From Schmidtea polychroa (Eukaryota): a stretch of DNA of 64,000 nt. Below are positions 13,124-25,768 of the stretch, piece after piece. The first letter of the stretch is position 1. Every line of letters begins with the position of its first letter. The stretch is from NCBI GenBank assembly GCA_044892525.1, contig CM097885.1:234610001-234674000 (forward strand), written 5' to 3'. The notes beneath the pieces were generated by a model. The model was given only the letters and a program-made list of their open reading frames with translations. It did not search any database and was not told where the DNA came from. The position numbers and the translations under genes were made by a program.

Positions 13124-14830
13124 TCGGTATGAGTACAGTTCTTGCACTAACTGATGAACGTTTGTCACAGTACTGGCTCTCTTCAATAGGAAAACCTTTG
13201 CAGTTTCAAATTCATGTTGGGTTTCGCTTAGGTCCACGCCACACAGTGTCGCTAAAGTCTTTAGCTCCTCAATATTCTAAAAGTTTGCGTGATCAGTCTT
13301 CAAACATGCAAGAGACTTATAAAGGCTTCTGTTGGTGACACCGAAGCGTTTTGTTAGTTCCTGCAGAGTCCTATCAACGACTTCGTAATACATCTGGCGA
13401 TATGCGCATCTGATAGGCAAGGCCTGGTGTTCTGGCTGTCCCACAGATCCGAACACAATGAAGTTGTCTAATTTTGAGTTCATCTGAGTTCTTCTTCTTT
13501 TTGGTGTCTGTTCCATATCCATTTGACCTTCGAATTTCCCAAAAAGAACTTGGAATTCCTTTTCATTGCGTAGGCTGCGAATGCACTCTATGACGGCATC
13601 CATAACATCACATGCTGAAGAAAGGTCCATTGCTTGACCCTGCAAGCTATTGTTGGCTGTTTCAAGGATAGTCAGCAATGAGAGCACCATGTGTGCAATG
13701 AACTGAAACTCCACTTCATTGACTCGATGCAAGAGTCCAGTAGCTTCCAATTGAATATCAATTGAAAAGTGAGAATTTCTACTAGAACACATCTCAAGCA
13801 AATTCACAATTGTATCATAATTAGTTGTTATTGCCTGAGTCGTCTGCAAGTGTCCTGTCCAACGATGTTCCATGAGCCGTGTCAATTTATCGCCTTGATA
13901 TATGGCCGCAACCTTAGGATATGACAAAAATGTGTATAAGTTTCTGCATATGTCGAAGAAGTCCCGCAGTTTTTGGCACTCAGAAACGGCACACACAACA
14001 ACCAAATGCAAATTGTGGTTGAAACAATGGACATACGGAATTTCTATTTGTAGACGCTCCTGAAGCAAGGCCTGCACCCCACCATGCTGTCCAGACATAA
14101 CAGCGGCTCCATCATAGCATTGGGAGATTATATTTTTAGGATCCAACTGAGCCTCTTTCAAGGTTGTCAAAATTACATCTGTGAAGGCCTCTGCATTGAG
14201 AGCAATTGTTCGGGAAATGCAGATTAAGTGCTCCTGAGGTTGTCCTGCTGAGACAAACCTTATGGCAATCGACACATTCTCAGTCCCTGTTCGATCTTTG
14301 GTACCATCCACCTTCAGAGTAAAATATTCAACATCCGCAGACTTGCACTTCTTAACAATTGACTCTTGCACTATTGATGCCATTAACGCGATAATTTCAT
14401 TTTGAATTCGAGGTGATGTGTACGTGGCAATTTTGGGAATCGTTTTAATGATTCAAGCCAGCTCAGGATTTTTCTTAACAGTGTATTCGAAGAGACGTAA
14501 AAATAGACCACACGGAAGCTTATCATCCTCATCAATATCATCTCTACTGAAACTGTCACCACGAAAGGCTAATTCATTTGTCACAAGAAACTTTACAACG
14601 TCAACGATTTCGTTGACATAATAACGGTTGTTCTTCAGCTGTGTTTCATTAATCAAAGTGCAAACTTCCTCACCTTTTTCACATCTCAGCTGTTTCTCTT
14701 TCCAGCGTTCCATGGCATGGATGTGGCCAGCAGAAGATTCATGCTTTTGAAAACCTTTTCCTTTTTCTAAAACCGATTTCCAATTTCGGAATCCTCCTGT
14801 TCTGAAAGCACTTTCGCCAGCACACTTCAC
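13124..14830 (-). pseudogene. hAT transposase (ZMYM1/DUF4371-type), frameshifted
   Basis: Motifs GFRNWK...HESS..H, NELAFRG, VDGTKD, QCYDGAAVMSG, YVHCFNHNLHL and RW. Frame breaks near 14450 and 13277. Confidence 0.9.
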
Positions 14831-15423
14831 ATGCCAGTCTCTTCCAGTGAGGCAGATAGATGGAACATCCTACCCCCGTCCATACTACATAAACCTCTAC
14901 ATGTGCAACTCATGCACACCCATGTCAATGCATGTGTGCACGATAGCAATTTTTCTTTTATCAAACATATTGAATGTAATGCAGTGATTCACATTAGAGC
15001 AACTGTTGTCGACAACGTTTGGTATCGACAATTGTTGCGCTGTTAACATTAACATTTAGTGAAATTTAAACGATGCTCCGACTTCAATTAAAAGGTTTCT
15101 TTAGGATTCGGCTTATTATATAGTGCTTATTAGATCATTTATGGTACATGAATAAATGTAATTGTTTATTTCATTTTCACCTTGAAGTAAAACCATCATT
15201 TTTTATTCATGTCCGTTTTTTTTATTTGGGGGGGGCAGACTTGCGTTTTGGGGGGCCGGGGCCTCCTGCCCCCCCCCCGACGGTACGGGCCTGCTCAGCG
15301 TGCTCTTTAGTATTGTATACATAGAGTAACGATATTTAAATTGATATGTTGTTTAAATATTCAGATATTATAATAAATATATATTTGAAAATAGCGTGTT
15401 TGTTTTAATGATTTTTAATGAAA

Positions 15424-16380
15424 ATGTAACTGGCGACTACGCCGAAATCGCAGCTCTGACGAGATCACAGCAAAGGCAGAAAATTGTGGAATCTTTGCCA
15501 AAGAATATTCAAGATTCAATTTATCCAGTGATAAAGAAGTTTTTTGGAGGAAAAGAAGAAAATGCAACGGACTGACTTGTATCTATTGAAGAATTTGTGA
15601 CGATAAATTTGCTCAATTTAGGAGTAGCATTCGATTTGTTATTACATGGAGACGCTAAAGAGTTATGGATGGCCTTTAAAGAAGCACAAAAGACTACGGC
15701 CTCGGATCAAGAGATAAAAAGTTGGTTTATTTTAAAATATGTAAAATTCAAAAGTTTTTTGCAAAATATCGAAGACACGAGTCTGATAAAGCAGAGATCG
15801 GACGAAAGGTTTGAAAATTTTGTATTCAGAGTGAGGAAATTAGTGCGCGAAGTTCTTTCCGCAAATCAAACAGAAGACCTGATTGTCAAGGATATTGTAA
15901 CAAGACGTATGTATTCAGAAAAAGTTAGGGATGTAATTGCAATGAACCAAGAAGTTCTCTTATAGAAATAGAGAAATCGAATGTAAATTTTGAAAATATT
16001 TTACATACAGAAGACACCAGAGAGGTATTTGTATTGGCAGATGATAGGAAAAAATCGTCGTATGCATCGGTAACAAGGAATGAAATTCCAGTAAGGCAGA
16101 ATATTCAACCATTGATTAAACCATCAGTTCCTGAGACCAACCGGTATGTCAGTAAAAATAGAAGTTACTAAAATTATGACAATAGACGACATGGTACTGA
16201 AAGAAGACGAAGCCCAGAAAGTTTATTGGTTAATGAGAGACCCAATAGGCCGCGGTTTCTTTGAAACATATTGCAAGACGAGTTTACAACAAAGCGAAAA
16301 GATTACCGGAACCAGAATTGCGACCTTTACAACCCGATCAATGTTACTGTTGTGGTGATATATTCTGAACAATTTTCCTT
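15424..16380 (+). pseudogene. Degenerate Gypsy gag region
   Basis: Overlaps and follows the PBS-like site. KKFFGGKEENAT.*L and LLLHGDAKELW...IKQRSDE resemble retrotransposon gag. Multiple stops. Confidence 0.55.
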
Positions 16381-16573
16381 GTCCAAGTTTTGTGGATGGA
16401 ATGAATTTGATTTTAGCTTTTAAAATAAAACTTATGCCAGATACATCAATTGCATTAATAGATTCAGATACGGTCGGTGTTAGCTACAGTGATACCGAAC
16501 GATGTAAAAAAGCGCTGGATGTTTTTGGACCAAATTCAGACCCAAAACTGGTGGAGTTAATAACCATGTATAG

Positions 16574-19418
16574 TAGGGTGGAGTGAAAATTTTTTTTTCT
16601 TAATATCTTGTTTGGATAGCTATAAAAACTTGGTAACACATGCAATTAGTAATGTGGCAAACAATTAGACAATTTAAAGCATATCTTGAGGTTCCACAAT
16701 TGACCTAAAGTATAGGCATATTTCGATAAAAAAGCAATAATCTTTAAAAAAAACATTTTTTTATAAGTAACATATTTATGTTATGGCTTAACTTTTTAAC
16801 AGTCTGTACATAACATTACAAGTAATAAGAACCATATCTGTGAAGGGAAACCACATGCAAACTGTCTAACATGTTTTTATAACTACAAATGATGTTGGGC
16901 TTTGGTGTCCAGTTTTGGCATTTTCAATCTCGATTCCAAGCGTGCTCTAATGAATCCGTCGCGTTTTTCTGGACCACACACCATTTCGGATGCTTCTGTC
17001 ACTAGCTTGATATGTCTCTCTACTGCCTGGGTATGACAAGGATAGCGGGCGAAATCCAGTCTTGGCGTTTCTTCTTCCCGGATCATGGTTAACAAAGTAT
17101 CTTCGTCAATGTCCACTACGATTGGAGGCTCTGTGATCGGAGTTTTCTGCCAATCGATCATGTCTATATAGCTAGTAGCTTCAAAGTTGATTACTGGCAC
17201 GCAGAAAGATCTAACTGAAGTCGTACGTTTCTGCTTTCTGGATTTCAGTATGCGTCGCAGAGCTAACTCGCGTATATCTGATCTTTCATCGGTAAGCATC
17301 GCAAGCAACAGATTTTCTGGATGACTAAAGAATGCGTTGCGTTGAATTACCGGGTCAACAACTTTCTTCAGCTCGTCTGTGAGGTAGCGTGATTTCAGTA
17401 TCGTACTGTGGACATGTCGAGCGCCGTCTTTACACGAAGGGGTATTCTTTATTTCAAACCATGCAGGTGCATAAACTGTTACGATGAAGGTAGCAAGTGT
17501 CTTTAGTTCATCCGACGGGCTTCTTGTGGCAACATACAGACGTAGTATGCGATTAGCCGTGGTTAACCATCTCGAATGGTTGATAAGACCAGGATTGCGA
17601 AGTGAATGGTCGACAGGACAAATACCAACACTTACAGCAGTACACAAATCGAACAGGTATTTCTGATCTGTACTTAAATCGTCGGAATTTGCACTTGACG
17701 GTAGAACACAGTTTATCGGCATGTAGTCAACGATGGGAAGCTTCTCACAATTCAACAATGACTTTCCAATGGGACCAGAAAATCCTTTTGGACCATTGGT
17801 AGGTCCATCGAGATACTGAAACAAATGTCTTAACGGTAATTCGTTTGCATGCAACTGACATACGAACCACTGTAGCGGTCTGTGTAACGTCACTTCAAGT
17901 AATCGAATGATGCCTCCTCGAATGCCCGTATTAGTGGCTGTCCCATCACAACCTATTGCTTTTATGCCACTCGTGTCAACATTTCTTTTATTCAAATATG
18001 CAATCAACTCAGCCGTGATAACTTTGCTTGACCCTGCAGTTGGTGTAATGTGACTGAAATATGTAGCTCCTGGTTCGGCAATAATCGATATATGTTCTTC
18101 AGTTATTATTTTCCGATGAAATTTACCATCGCATTCTTTAATTTGGGTCATTGTATTGTCTTTTCTGCCGTCAAAATATAACCCAGTGATTGTGTTACTG
18201 ACTTCGGCACATAATGCGCCACGCTTATTACAACGTTCTCGACGCACTTTACTTCTGTCAATCACTTTAGAAACATCATGTTCGTGGATTATTCCAACAT
18301 CTTGAAGAACAGCACTGGCGATTCCTGCTGCCGCCCTGTCGGATACGCCATGTCGATCACACGCTAAAGCCAACGACGGTAGCTTAACTCTCATCTGCTT
18401 GTCATTCAATTTTCGCTGTTGTTTAATTTGGCTTATACAATCGTCATCAGAGTCATCATCGCCGGTATCCATTTCCTCTTCCATTCCAGAAATCTCGTCA
18501 CAGACATCCGACTGTTTATCACCGATGTCATCAATGGCAGATTTAGTACACATCTGCCTCTGTGTCGACTCTTTACGGATATACCGCTTTTGTAATATAC
18601 TGGATTCATCAACTCCAGCTATGATCATACAGCGTGAACCCCGCTGATCTTCTAGAAAGTCACGTTCAATTGTGGGTATCTTTCTTGACTTCTCACAGTG
18701 ACACTGAGACATACAAGAGCACTTGCAGGAGCAAATGTCAAAGAGTTTAATCGATTCATCTTTAAACTGCGATATTTTCTCTCTGTATGGTTCTGAGTCC
18801 TTCCTAGATTTATACGGCTTCAGCAATTTCATGAACGTCTTGTGGTACACGTTCAACATTTCATGAACACGGCGGTGGCTTACATGTGTTATGGAAGCTT
18901 TGTCCCATATTTGTTCTACTTTCATTGACACGTTTTCTGCCACGTTGCAATGTGAAGGATCTTTATTGTTCAATTCGCATTTCAGTCTCTGCTTTGTCAG
19001 GTTGTAGAATTTCATAACATCTGCATAAGTCGGTAGTTGATTGTCGGGCATCTCGGATGGACCACCAAAGATGACACAAGACACTTTCTTTCTGGTTACA
19101 GCCATTGCAACTCTAAAAAGGAAAACCAGAGGCATTTAAAATCCATAGTGTATGGGTGGCAAATATTTTGCTATTAAAAGTAATGAAAATATTATTTAAA
19201 TGCCATCAATGACTTCAATAATATGTCAATAATAGCAAATACATTATCGTTTTCTTATCAATGGTTACATTTTAAAGTTGGTTGTGGAACCTCAAGACAT
19301 TATTTAAATTATTGTTTTTCTTTACAGAGTACTTCATTGGACCTCATAGCAAGTTTTTATAACTATCCAAAGTCTACTAAGTCAAAAAATTTTTTTCGGT
19401 CATTTTCACTCCACCCTA
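16574..19418 (-). mobile_element. Intact hAT-superfamily (hATm-like) DNA transposon, 2845 bp
   Basis: Perfect 17-bp TIRs tagggtggagtgaaaat / attttcactccacccta. 8-bp TSD ATGTATAG at 16566-16573 and 19419-19426. Confidence 0.93.
16883..19135 (-). CDS. hATm-like transposase, 750 aa, uninterrupted
   Basis: Motifs LYFDGRKD, GCDGTATNTG, CQLHANEL, HSRWLTTANR and PCHTQAVER. Lies between the TIRs. Confidence 0.9.
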   Translation of the reverse strand: MPLVFLFRVAMAVTRKKVSCVIFGGPSEMPDNQLPTYADVMKFYNLTKQRLKCELNNKDPSHCNVAENVSMKVEQIWDKASITHVSHRRVHEMLNVYHKTFMKLLKPYKSRKDSEPYREKISQFKDESIKLFDICSCKCSCMSQCHCEKSRKIPTIERDFLEDQRGSRCMIIAGVDESSILQKRYIRKESTQRQMCTKSAIDDIGDKQSDVCDEISGMEEEMDTGDDDSDDDCISQIKQQRKLNDKQMRVKLPSLALACDRHGVSDRAAAGIASAVLQDVGIIHEHDVSKVIDRSKVRRERCNKRGALCAEVSNTITGLYFDGRKDNTMTQIKECDGKFHRKIITEEHISIIAEPGATYFSHITPTAGSSKVITAELIAYLNKRNVDTSGIKAIGCDGTATNTGIRGGIIRLLEVTLHRPLQWFVCQLHANELPLRHLFQYLDGPTNGPKGFSGPIGKSLLNCEKLPIVDYMPINCVLPSSANSDDLSTDQKYLFDLCTAVSVGICPVDHSLRNPGLINHSRWLTTANRILRLYVATRSPSDELKTLATFIVTVYAPAWFEIKNTPSCKDGARHVHSTILKSRYLTDELKKVVDPVIQRNAFFSHPENLLLAMLTDERSDIRELALRRILKSRKQKRTTSVRSFCVPVINFEATSYIDMIDWQKTPITEPPIVVDIDEDTLLTMIREEETPRLDFARYPCHTQAVERHIKLVTEASEMVCGPEKRDGFIRARLESRLKMPKLDTKAQHHL

Positions 19419-19426
19419 ATGTATAG

Positions 19427-20766
19427 TACGATCTTCATGGCATCAGATTTTGATCTAGGTTGTATTAGTTTCGTTACACATACTATAAAAATGTATGGAA
19501 ATCCAATTATTCGAAATCATAGGCGCATGACAATGCAGATGGAATCAAAAGTGGACGATATGATTTTGAAATTATTAAAAAAGGGCGTTATCAGGAAATG
19601 CCAAAGCCCATGGAACTCACTTACGGTCGTGGTAGGTAAGAAAGATCAATCAGGATGTGTCAAGATTTTAGGAAGGTTAATGAAGTTTCTGAAAAATTTA
19701 ATGATAAATAGGTTCCAGAAAATAAAAACCTGCATAAATCGAGACTTCGAGTTCATATAAAGTAAGGGGATAGGTTCCAGATACTCGCGTAAAACGAAGC
19801 ATAAAAAATACATAATTATTTGCGACATAAAGATAACAAAATTACCTTGCGTCATCTGTGAAAAATTCAGTTTTCCAATGGCAGATCCTCAAACAATATT
19901 CAATTCTTTGTCCGGATCTTCAGTTTATTCGTCCCTAGACTTGGGGCAGGCATATTATCAGGTACATGTGGATGAAGCGTCTCAGTTAAAAACATATTAT
20001 TTGATGATATTTTGTATAACGGTGTTGCAGCATATTTAGATGATGTTCTGATATATGGAAAAACTATCGAAGAACACAACAGAAATTTGGAGGAAGTTTT
20101 CAAGTGAATAAAATCAGCAGGATTAAGGATCAATCATAAGAAGTGTAGTTTTTATAAGAGTGAATTGATATTCTTGGGACATAAAATTTCAGCAGAAGGA
20201 ATGTCCACGAATAACAATATGATAAAGAGAATTATTGAGGTTGAAATACCGAAATGCAGCAAACAAATACGTTCATTTTTGGGATTAACCAATTATTATC
20301 GCAAATTTGTTCCAAGTTTTGCTGAAATAGTCAAACCATTGTAGCTACAAAGGGACATGAAAAAGATATTAAATGGAATGACAAGTATGAAGAAAATTTC
20401 CGATAACTTAAACAGGTATTATCGAGTGCATCAATCTTGGCGTTTCCAAATAAGGTCGATTACTTTATTTTGGATACTGACGCGTGTTTTAGTGGAATTG
20501 GTGCTGTTCTAAGTAAAGTTAAAAATGGTGGTGAAAAAGTTATAGCATATGGTTCAAGACTTTTAAGTGCTCACGAGAAAGGATACTGTGCAACTAGAAA
20601 AGAACTATTAGCAATATACGAGTACGTCCTATATTTTCGGCATTATTTATATGGAAAAAAGTTTGATATACTTACTGATCATAAGGCTTTAAAGTTCTTA
20701 AAATCAACTTCAAAACCAATAAGTCCACAATTCCAAACATGGTTGAGTGAGTTGTCAGGTTATGAT
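19427..20766 (+). pseudogene. Gypsy pol remnant (reverse transcriptase and RNase H)
   Basis: SPWNS, LDLGQAYYQV and YLDDVLIYG (RT). FILDTDACFSGIGAVL, YCATRKELLAI and TDHKAL (Ty3 RNase H). Frameshifts and stops present. Confidence 0.9.
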
Positions 20767-20984
20767 TACAGGACTACAGATAGAAGGCATGTGTCCCTAC
20801 TTCATCAATTTCATCGCTATGGTGATGATTAATTTATCCCAAGATTTGATTAATTATAGACCAGAGTTATTTATTTTTGACAATTATCACATTATTATAC
20901 AAAGGTTTATGGCATGTTGTTCTGGGTCTGAATTGGTTTGACCTGTAATTTGAGCCGGGCCCGTTCGACTATTCCCGGACGCTT

Positions 20985-21323
20985 TCATTTAGGCGTGGCA
21001 TCCCATCGTTTGGCGATCTTCGCCATTTCGACCGTCACTGGTCTAACTTGATCTATAGCTTGATCTATAACTGCTTGATTTCCCTGGATCTCTAGTTGTC
21101 GGATCCGCAACCGTAGTGCCTTTATTTCCACCTGGTCTTGAGTAGCCTGGAGTTGCAACTGTTGTATCAACCGCATACGCTTCTTCATTTCTGTAGGGTT
21201 GAACCAGGTACTCTCCAGTTTTCGACATCGCCCCTCGAATTTGTCGATCCGCCTGCGCAATTCCTCATTCTGCTTTGCCGCTATTTCCTCATCTGCCCGC
21301 AGGTTTTCCATCAATTGAATCAC
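20985..21323 (-). CDS. Coiled-coil protein, homolog of 7279..7752
   Basis: Collinear: ENLR...LR.R..K....CR.LE.TWF.P.EMKKR...QLQ.QA.QDQ.EI.AL...RP..VE.AKI. Same-phase acceptor (tttag|tg). Confidence 0.65.
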   Translation of the reverse strand: MIQLMENLRADEEIAAKQNEELRRRIDKFEGRCRKLESTWFNPTEMKKRMRLIQQLQLQATQDQVEIKALRLRIRQLEIQGNQAVIDQAIDQVRPVTVEMAKIAKRWDATPK

Positions 21324-23959
21324 TAAATAATAATTAGGGTAAGAGGTGATTCCATACCGTTCGAAATAAATTAATCAATGATCCGCATATGTTGGATGAC
21401 AGGGGTCGAAGAATTGAAAAATTCGAGTTAACAAAGTATTATCAAACAGGCCCGAATCGATACCGGGTGAATATATTCGCAGAAAGAAGACTGTTCCCAA
21501 ACAATCAAGCGTGATTTAACAATTATTATATTAAGAGACAAATGTGATTTAATCTTTCTAACAATAATGAATCTTTGGGATTGTATATTTTATAACAATT
21601 TATATCCTCATCTTTATTTTATTGTATATGGTATAAGCTGCATATTTTATTTTAGATTGTATCTTTCATTTTTATATGCTGTATAGATTCACATATTATT
21701 TTTTTTATATTGTAGTAATTCATATTTTATTTTTTTACAACGTAGTAATTTATACTCTTATATCCTTTTGTACAATATATTATAATAATTTATATTTTAA
21801 TTACATTTAAATAATTCACAAAAAAGGGAAATATAAAATCTGGGTAAATAAAGAAACAATTTATTAATTAAATAAGGAAGGTCGCAGTTGGGGAATAACC
21901 CATGTGTGAGTTCTGAATAAATAAAAAGAAGAGAGGAAAATTTGGTAAATAAACAAGAGAAGTGGTTTTGAGTCCGTTTGAATGTGGGTATTGTGTAAGA
22001 ACAAATAAATGGGGTTTTCTTCTGTGGATTGAGTAAACAAAAATTCAGTATATATACTGAACCAAAAATCACAAAATTCGCCCAAATAAGCGATTAGTAC
22101 TGCTTTAGAAGGTAAATCCTTACAAAGCATAAAAATCAGACAGACACTACAAAAACGTCTAAAGGTTATCACAAGCAACACAACACGCACATATAACACG
22201 CACACACAAAACACAACACGCATTGTGAAGGTAAATCAGAAAGAGTTTGAAGTGAATAATTGATTATAAAAGAGTTTGGAAACGAGAGATTGATTTTGAA
22301 GTTATTCAAGCCGATAATTTGAATTGGTAAAAAATTTTATATTAATAAATTTTAGTTACGAATTTGGCCTTTGTGTTTTCATATTTATATATTTATATAG
22401 TTATAACCAGTGCACGTTGGGTTTCAATAAATATTATTGAGACCTCAACACATAGTTCATTCATGTCATCAACTTAACCGATCTACCGAACGTGTTTGGC
22501 GGTGATTGTAGTTAATTGTCGATATTTACGATCTTAGTTAGGACACCGCACCTTAGGAATTAATAATTATGAACAAACACAACTTATTTCCAATCCATTG
22601 TCAATGAAAAATCAGTACATATTTATTATAATTGTAAATTTATTTTTATATCATATATTCAGAAATATTAAAAAAAACTTAATATTATTAAACTACTTTT
22701 GACCTCAAATGTTGTTTAAATAATCCAACCGAAAATCTACCTATTTAAATTTAAGTTACCATGGTTAAAGAAACGGGATAAATTACAGATATAACGAGAG
22801 ATATAAAGTTGGCATTCGTTTGTTTATTAAAATTTTTATTTCATATTAAAGTACAGCTTCTAGTACCAATTTGCGGAATTTATCAACGGGGATCTATTCA
22901 CTTCAAACTGTTGGACCTTTTGTCAAGGGTAAACAAATTAAAACAATAAAAAACTCTCATATATTGATTTAGGGTTCCTGGGGAAATCATTAAGTGCAAT
23001 TCTTTAGATAATTGGTCTCTCATAAACAATATAAAAAGAGAGTTCAGAAGTGAACAAGCCGCCAGTTGGTCAAAGAGAGAAAAAGAGAAGAGAGAAGCGC
23101 AGAAACCAGGAGATCAGTGAAAGGTGCAAATAGTGTCAAAGTGTAATTGTTATAAAGATTGAATATAAATTATTCTGTGTTGGGTTTGATTTATATGGTT
23201 GAATAAGAACACGAGGAGTCAGAGAGAGAACCGACTTTCAAATAAAAACCCAACAACTTTCAAAGAAAAAAAAATTTTCTTCTTTTGTTTGTGTTAAAAA
23301 CATCTCCCTCCACTTATGACATTCATTTAGACATCTATTGCGTTGATAATCTCTATATGTAGAAATATTTTAAAATAATTTCACTATTTTTGATTGTTAA
23401 CAATTAATAAAAAGTTTCTTTATTCTATTATTAATTTTTAAATGTTTTACAAGTCATGTTTGTATGATTATCTTTATACATTTTACTAGTGACGGAATGA
23501 TAAAATATTTGCTAGTGTAATCAAAATATTGAACTGATTTGATATAACTAGAAAGAGCAATTGCGATATAAATGTAAATGAAAAATACTTTAAATTACAA
23601 TCGTTATTATTTTTCATTATATAGATTCCTTAATCATTAATTAAAAAAACACTTAAAATGAAAATTCTCTACGTAGGTACTACTGGCAAATTTATTAACT
23701 AAAATTGGTTTAAAATAATAGAGGGCACATTTTAATTTACCGTCAGGGCCCCCAAATAACCTATTCCGCCACTAGGTAGGCTGATCATTTTTCTGAGGTG
23801 TAATTCTGAACTTTGAGCCCGATGTAATGGGAGGGGTTAATTTTACAAAAAAAATAAAAAATTACACTTAATGAAACAAATACAAATACAATAAACAATT
23901 TTTTTAAAGCATAAATAATTCGATAAGTGATTAGTTTTAACTTAAAACAGTAGTTAAAA

Positions 23960-24208
23960 GTATTTTGCAACGGTAGTAACGCACGTTATATTTCCCACAT
24001 GAAGCAAAATGAACTTATTAATACATGCGAAAATATCCTTCGCAAAGATATTGTCTTGATCGCCAATAATTTCTTTGGTTTCTCAATTCTAGCAGATGAA
24101 ACTGCATATATATCTGGAAAAGAACAACTGTCAATAGGTCTAAGATTTGTTGATAAGATTGAAGGAAATTATTTAATAAGAGAAGGCGTTATTGGATTAA
24201 ACGGTTAA
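23960..24208 (+). pseudogene. hAT (THAP12/PRKRIR-like) transposase fragment
   Basis: QNELI...FSILADETAYISGKEQLSIGLRFVD. Confidence 0.75.
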
Positions 24209-25357
24209 GAGATTTCCATTAAAAACTATTAGGGAAAGTTTAAAATTCTGTCAAAATATCACAATTTTTCGATGGGAGACCTAAGAAACTTTTTGAGGAT
24301 TTTATTTCAGATTCTTCTTAGTTGAATCAAGACGCTACTTTTTCATGAAAGATGTCTCTGCTAATTAAATTGTGTACATTTAAAACATAAAAAAGGTATC
24401 AAAAAGAATTTTTTTTCCTCTGATATTTATATATGATCTTGTCTGTTGTCAAAGAACACATCTTTTTCATGTAGGATGTCTCATCAAAATATTGATTGTT
24501 TTGAAATTAGGAGTATTTTTATAAATTATGTGTTTATGTTGCACTTCAAAATATTTTAATATAAATTTTAATTTTTCGACCTATTTACAAAGATAAAATA
24601 TTATAATGTCTATCTCATAAAATCTCTTTTCTCCTAGATTAGACTAACTTCTCATGAAGATAACAAAAAGTCAATGTCAACAATATTTTTAAATTCTATA
24701 TTTAGAATATTTTTGCAAAAACAATTTCACAACAAACTTAATGCGGCCAATTATATTTTAGAGATTTTAGAGGGAGGAGGGGTAGGGGCTCGAAAACTGA
24801 TAGTGAGTCAGTGAGCTCACAACTTTTGAGCATCAACGATAACTGATACCGTGTTTAAAATCGTATTTTATGGAAAAAATTTCTGCCGAAAAATGAAATT
24901 TCGCGAATACCTCTAACAAAATAAAAATAAAAAATTAAAATTTCACAGAAACCTTAATATTATAACTGTAATGATAACTATTTAAATAATTTATCTTATA
25001 TTTTATTATAAATATTTAAATTTACTTTGATAGCACATTTTTATGTTTGAAATATATTTTTACAACTGAATAGTAGTATTAAAAGATTTTATTATAGTTA
25101 TAAAATATTAGAACTTTGACCATACGAATAATACTTTTTTTAAGATAGTACAAAAAAATTGAAAATATAAAATTTTTATTTATTTGTTTACTTCGTTGAT
25201 CATATATAATAATTTAATAACAAGTACTTTGTTTAAATCCGTGAATGAGATTGTTAAAAAACTAAATATTATTCAAGTCTTCCAAGGTCGTAAATATTTA
25301 TAATATATATTCATATATAAATTAATAGTTATTTTTATTTTATAGTTATTTCTAGTA

Positions 25358-25768
25358 ATGAATTCAGATAATTTAAAAGAAACGATAAGAGTGGCAATAG
25401 CATCAAAGTCCTTTGCTTACTGTCCTTATAGTCATTTCAGAGTTGGAGCTGCCGTTCTTGGAGAGAATCATAAAATTTATTCCGGCTGTAACGTTGAAAA
25501 TTGCTCTTATCCTTGTGGTGTATGTGCTGAAGTTACCGCGGCAAGCACTGCAATTGCTGATGGTTGTTTGAAATTTGCTGCCGTGGCTATTGCGACTGAC
25601 ACGCAAAAATTCATTCGCCCTTGTGGGAAATGCCGACAATTTCTTTCTGAATTCAGTACAAAAAACATGAAAATAATATCAATAAATGAAATGAACCAAT
25701 CTGATGCTAAAACTATTGAAGAATTATTGCCTTTTGCATTCACTGAAGATTTCAAGGAAAATGAATAG
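25358..25768 (+). CDS. CDA: Cytidine deaminase (homotetrameric type), intronless
   Basis: AYCPYSHFRVGAA, GCNVEN, CAE and PCGKCRQ zinc motifs, LLPFAF end. AATAAA downstream. Confidence 0.95.
   Translation: MNSDNLKETIRVAIASKSFAYCPYSHFRVGAAVLGENHKIYSGCNVENCSYPCGVCAEVTAASTAIADGCLKFAAVAIATDTQKFIRPCGKCRQFLSEFSTKNMKIISINEMNQSDAKTIEELLPFAFTEDFKENE

Larger units (their letters stand above)
6070..15293 (-). mobile_element. hAT transposon (ZMYM1-like transposase) with nested insertions
   Basis: TIRs cagccccgtaccgt (6070) and acggtacgggcctg (ends 15293). 8-bp TSD CTCAGCGT at 6062-6069 and 15294-15301. Confidence 0.92.
6036..20766 (+). mobile_element. Decayed Ty3/Gypsy LTR retrotransposon, interrupted by several insertions
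   Basis: Putative LTR begins tgttggg at 6036 and resumes at 15302 after the hAT insertion. PBS-like tggcgac at 15431, broken gag ~15424-16380, RT and RNase H motifs at 19427-20766. The LTR assignment is tentative. Confidence 0.65.

Noticed and set aside
22700..23255. Possible solo LTR ending cccaaca, similar in reverse to 6036
   Set aside because: The other boundary and a TSD could not be identified.
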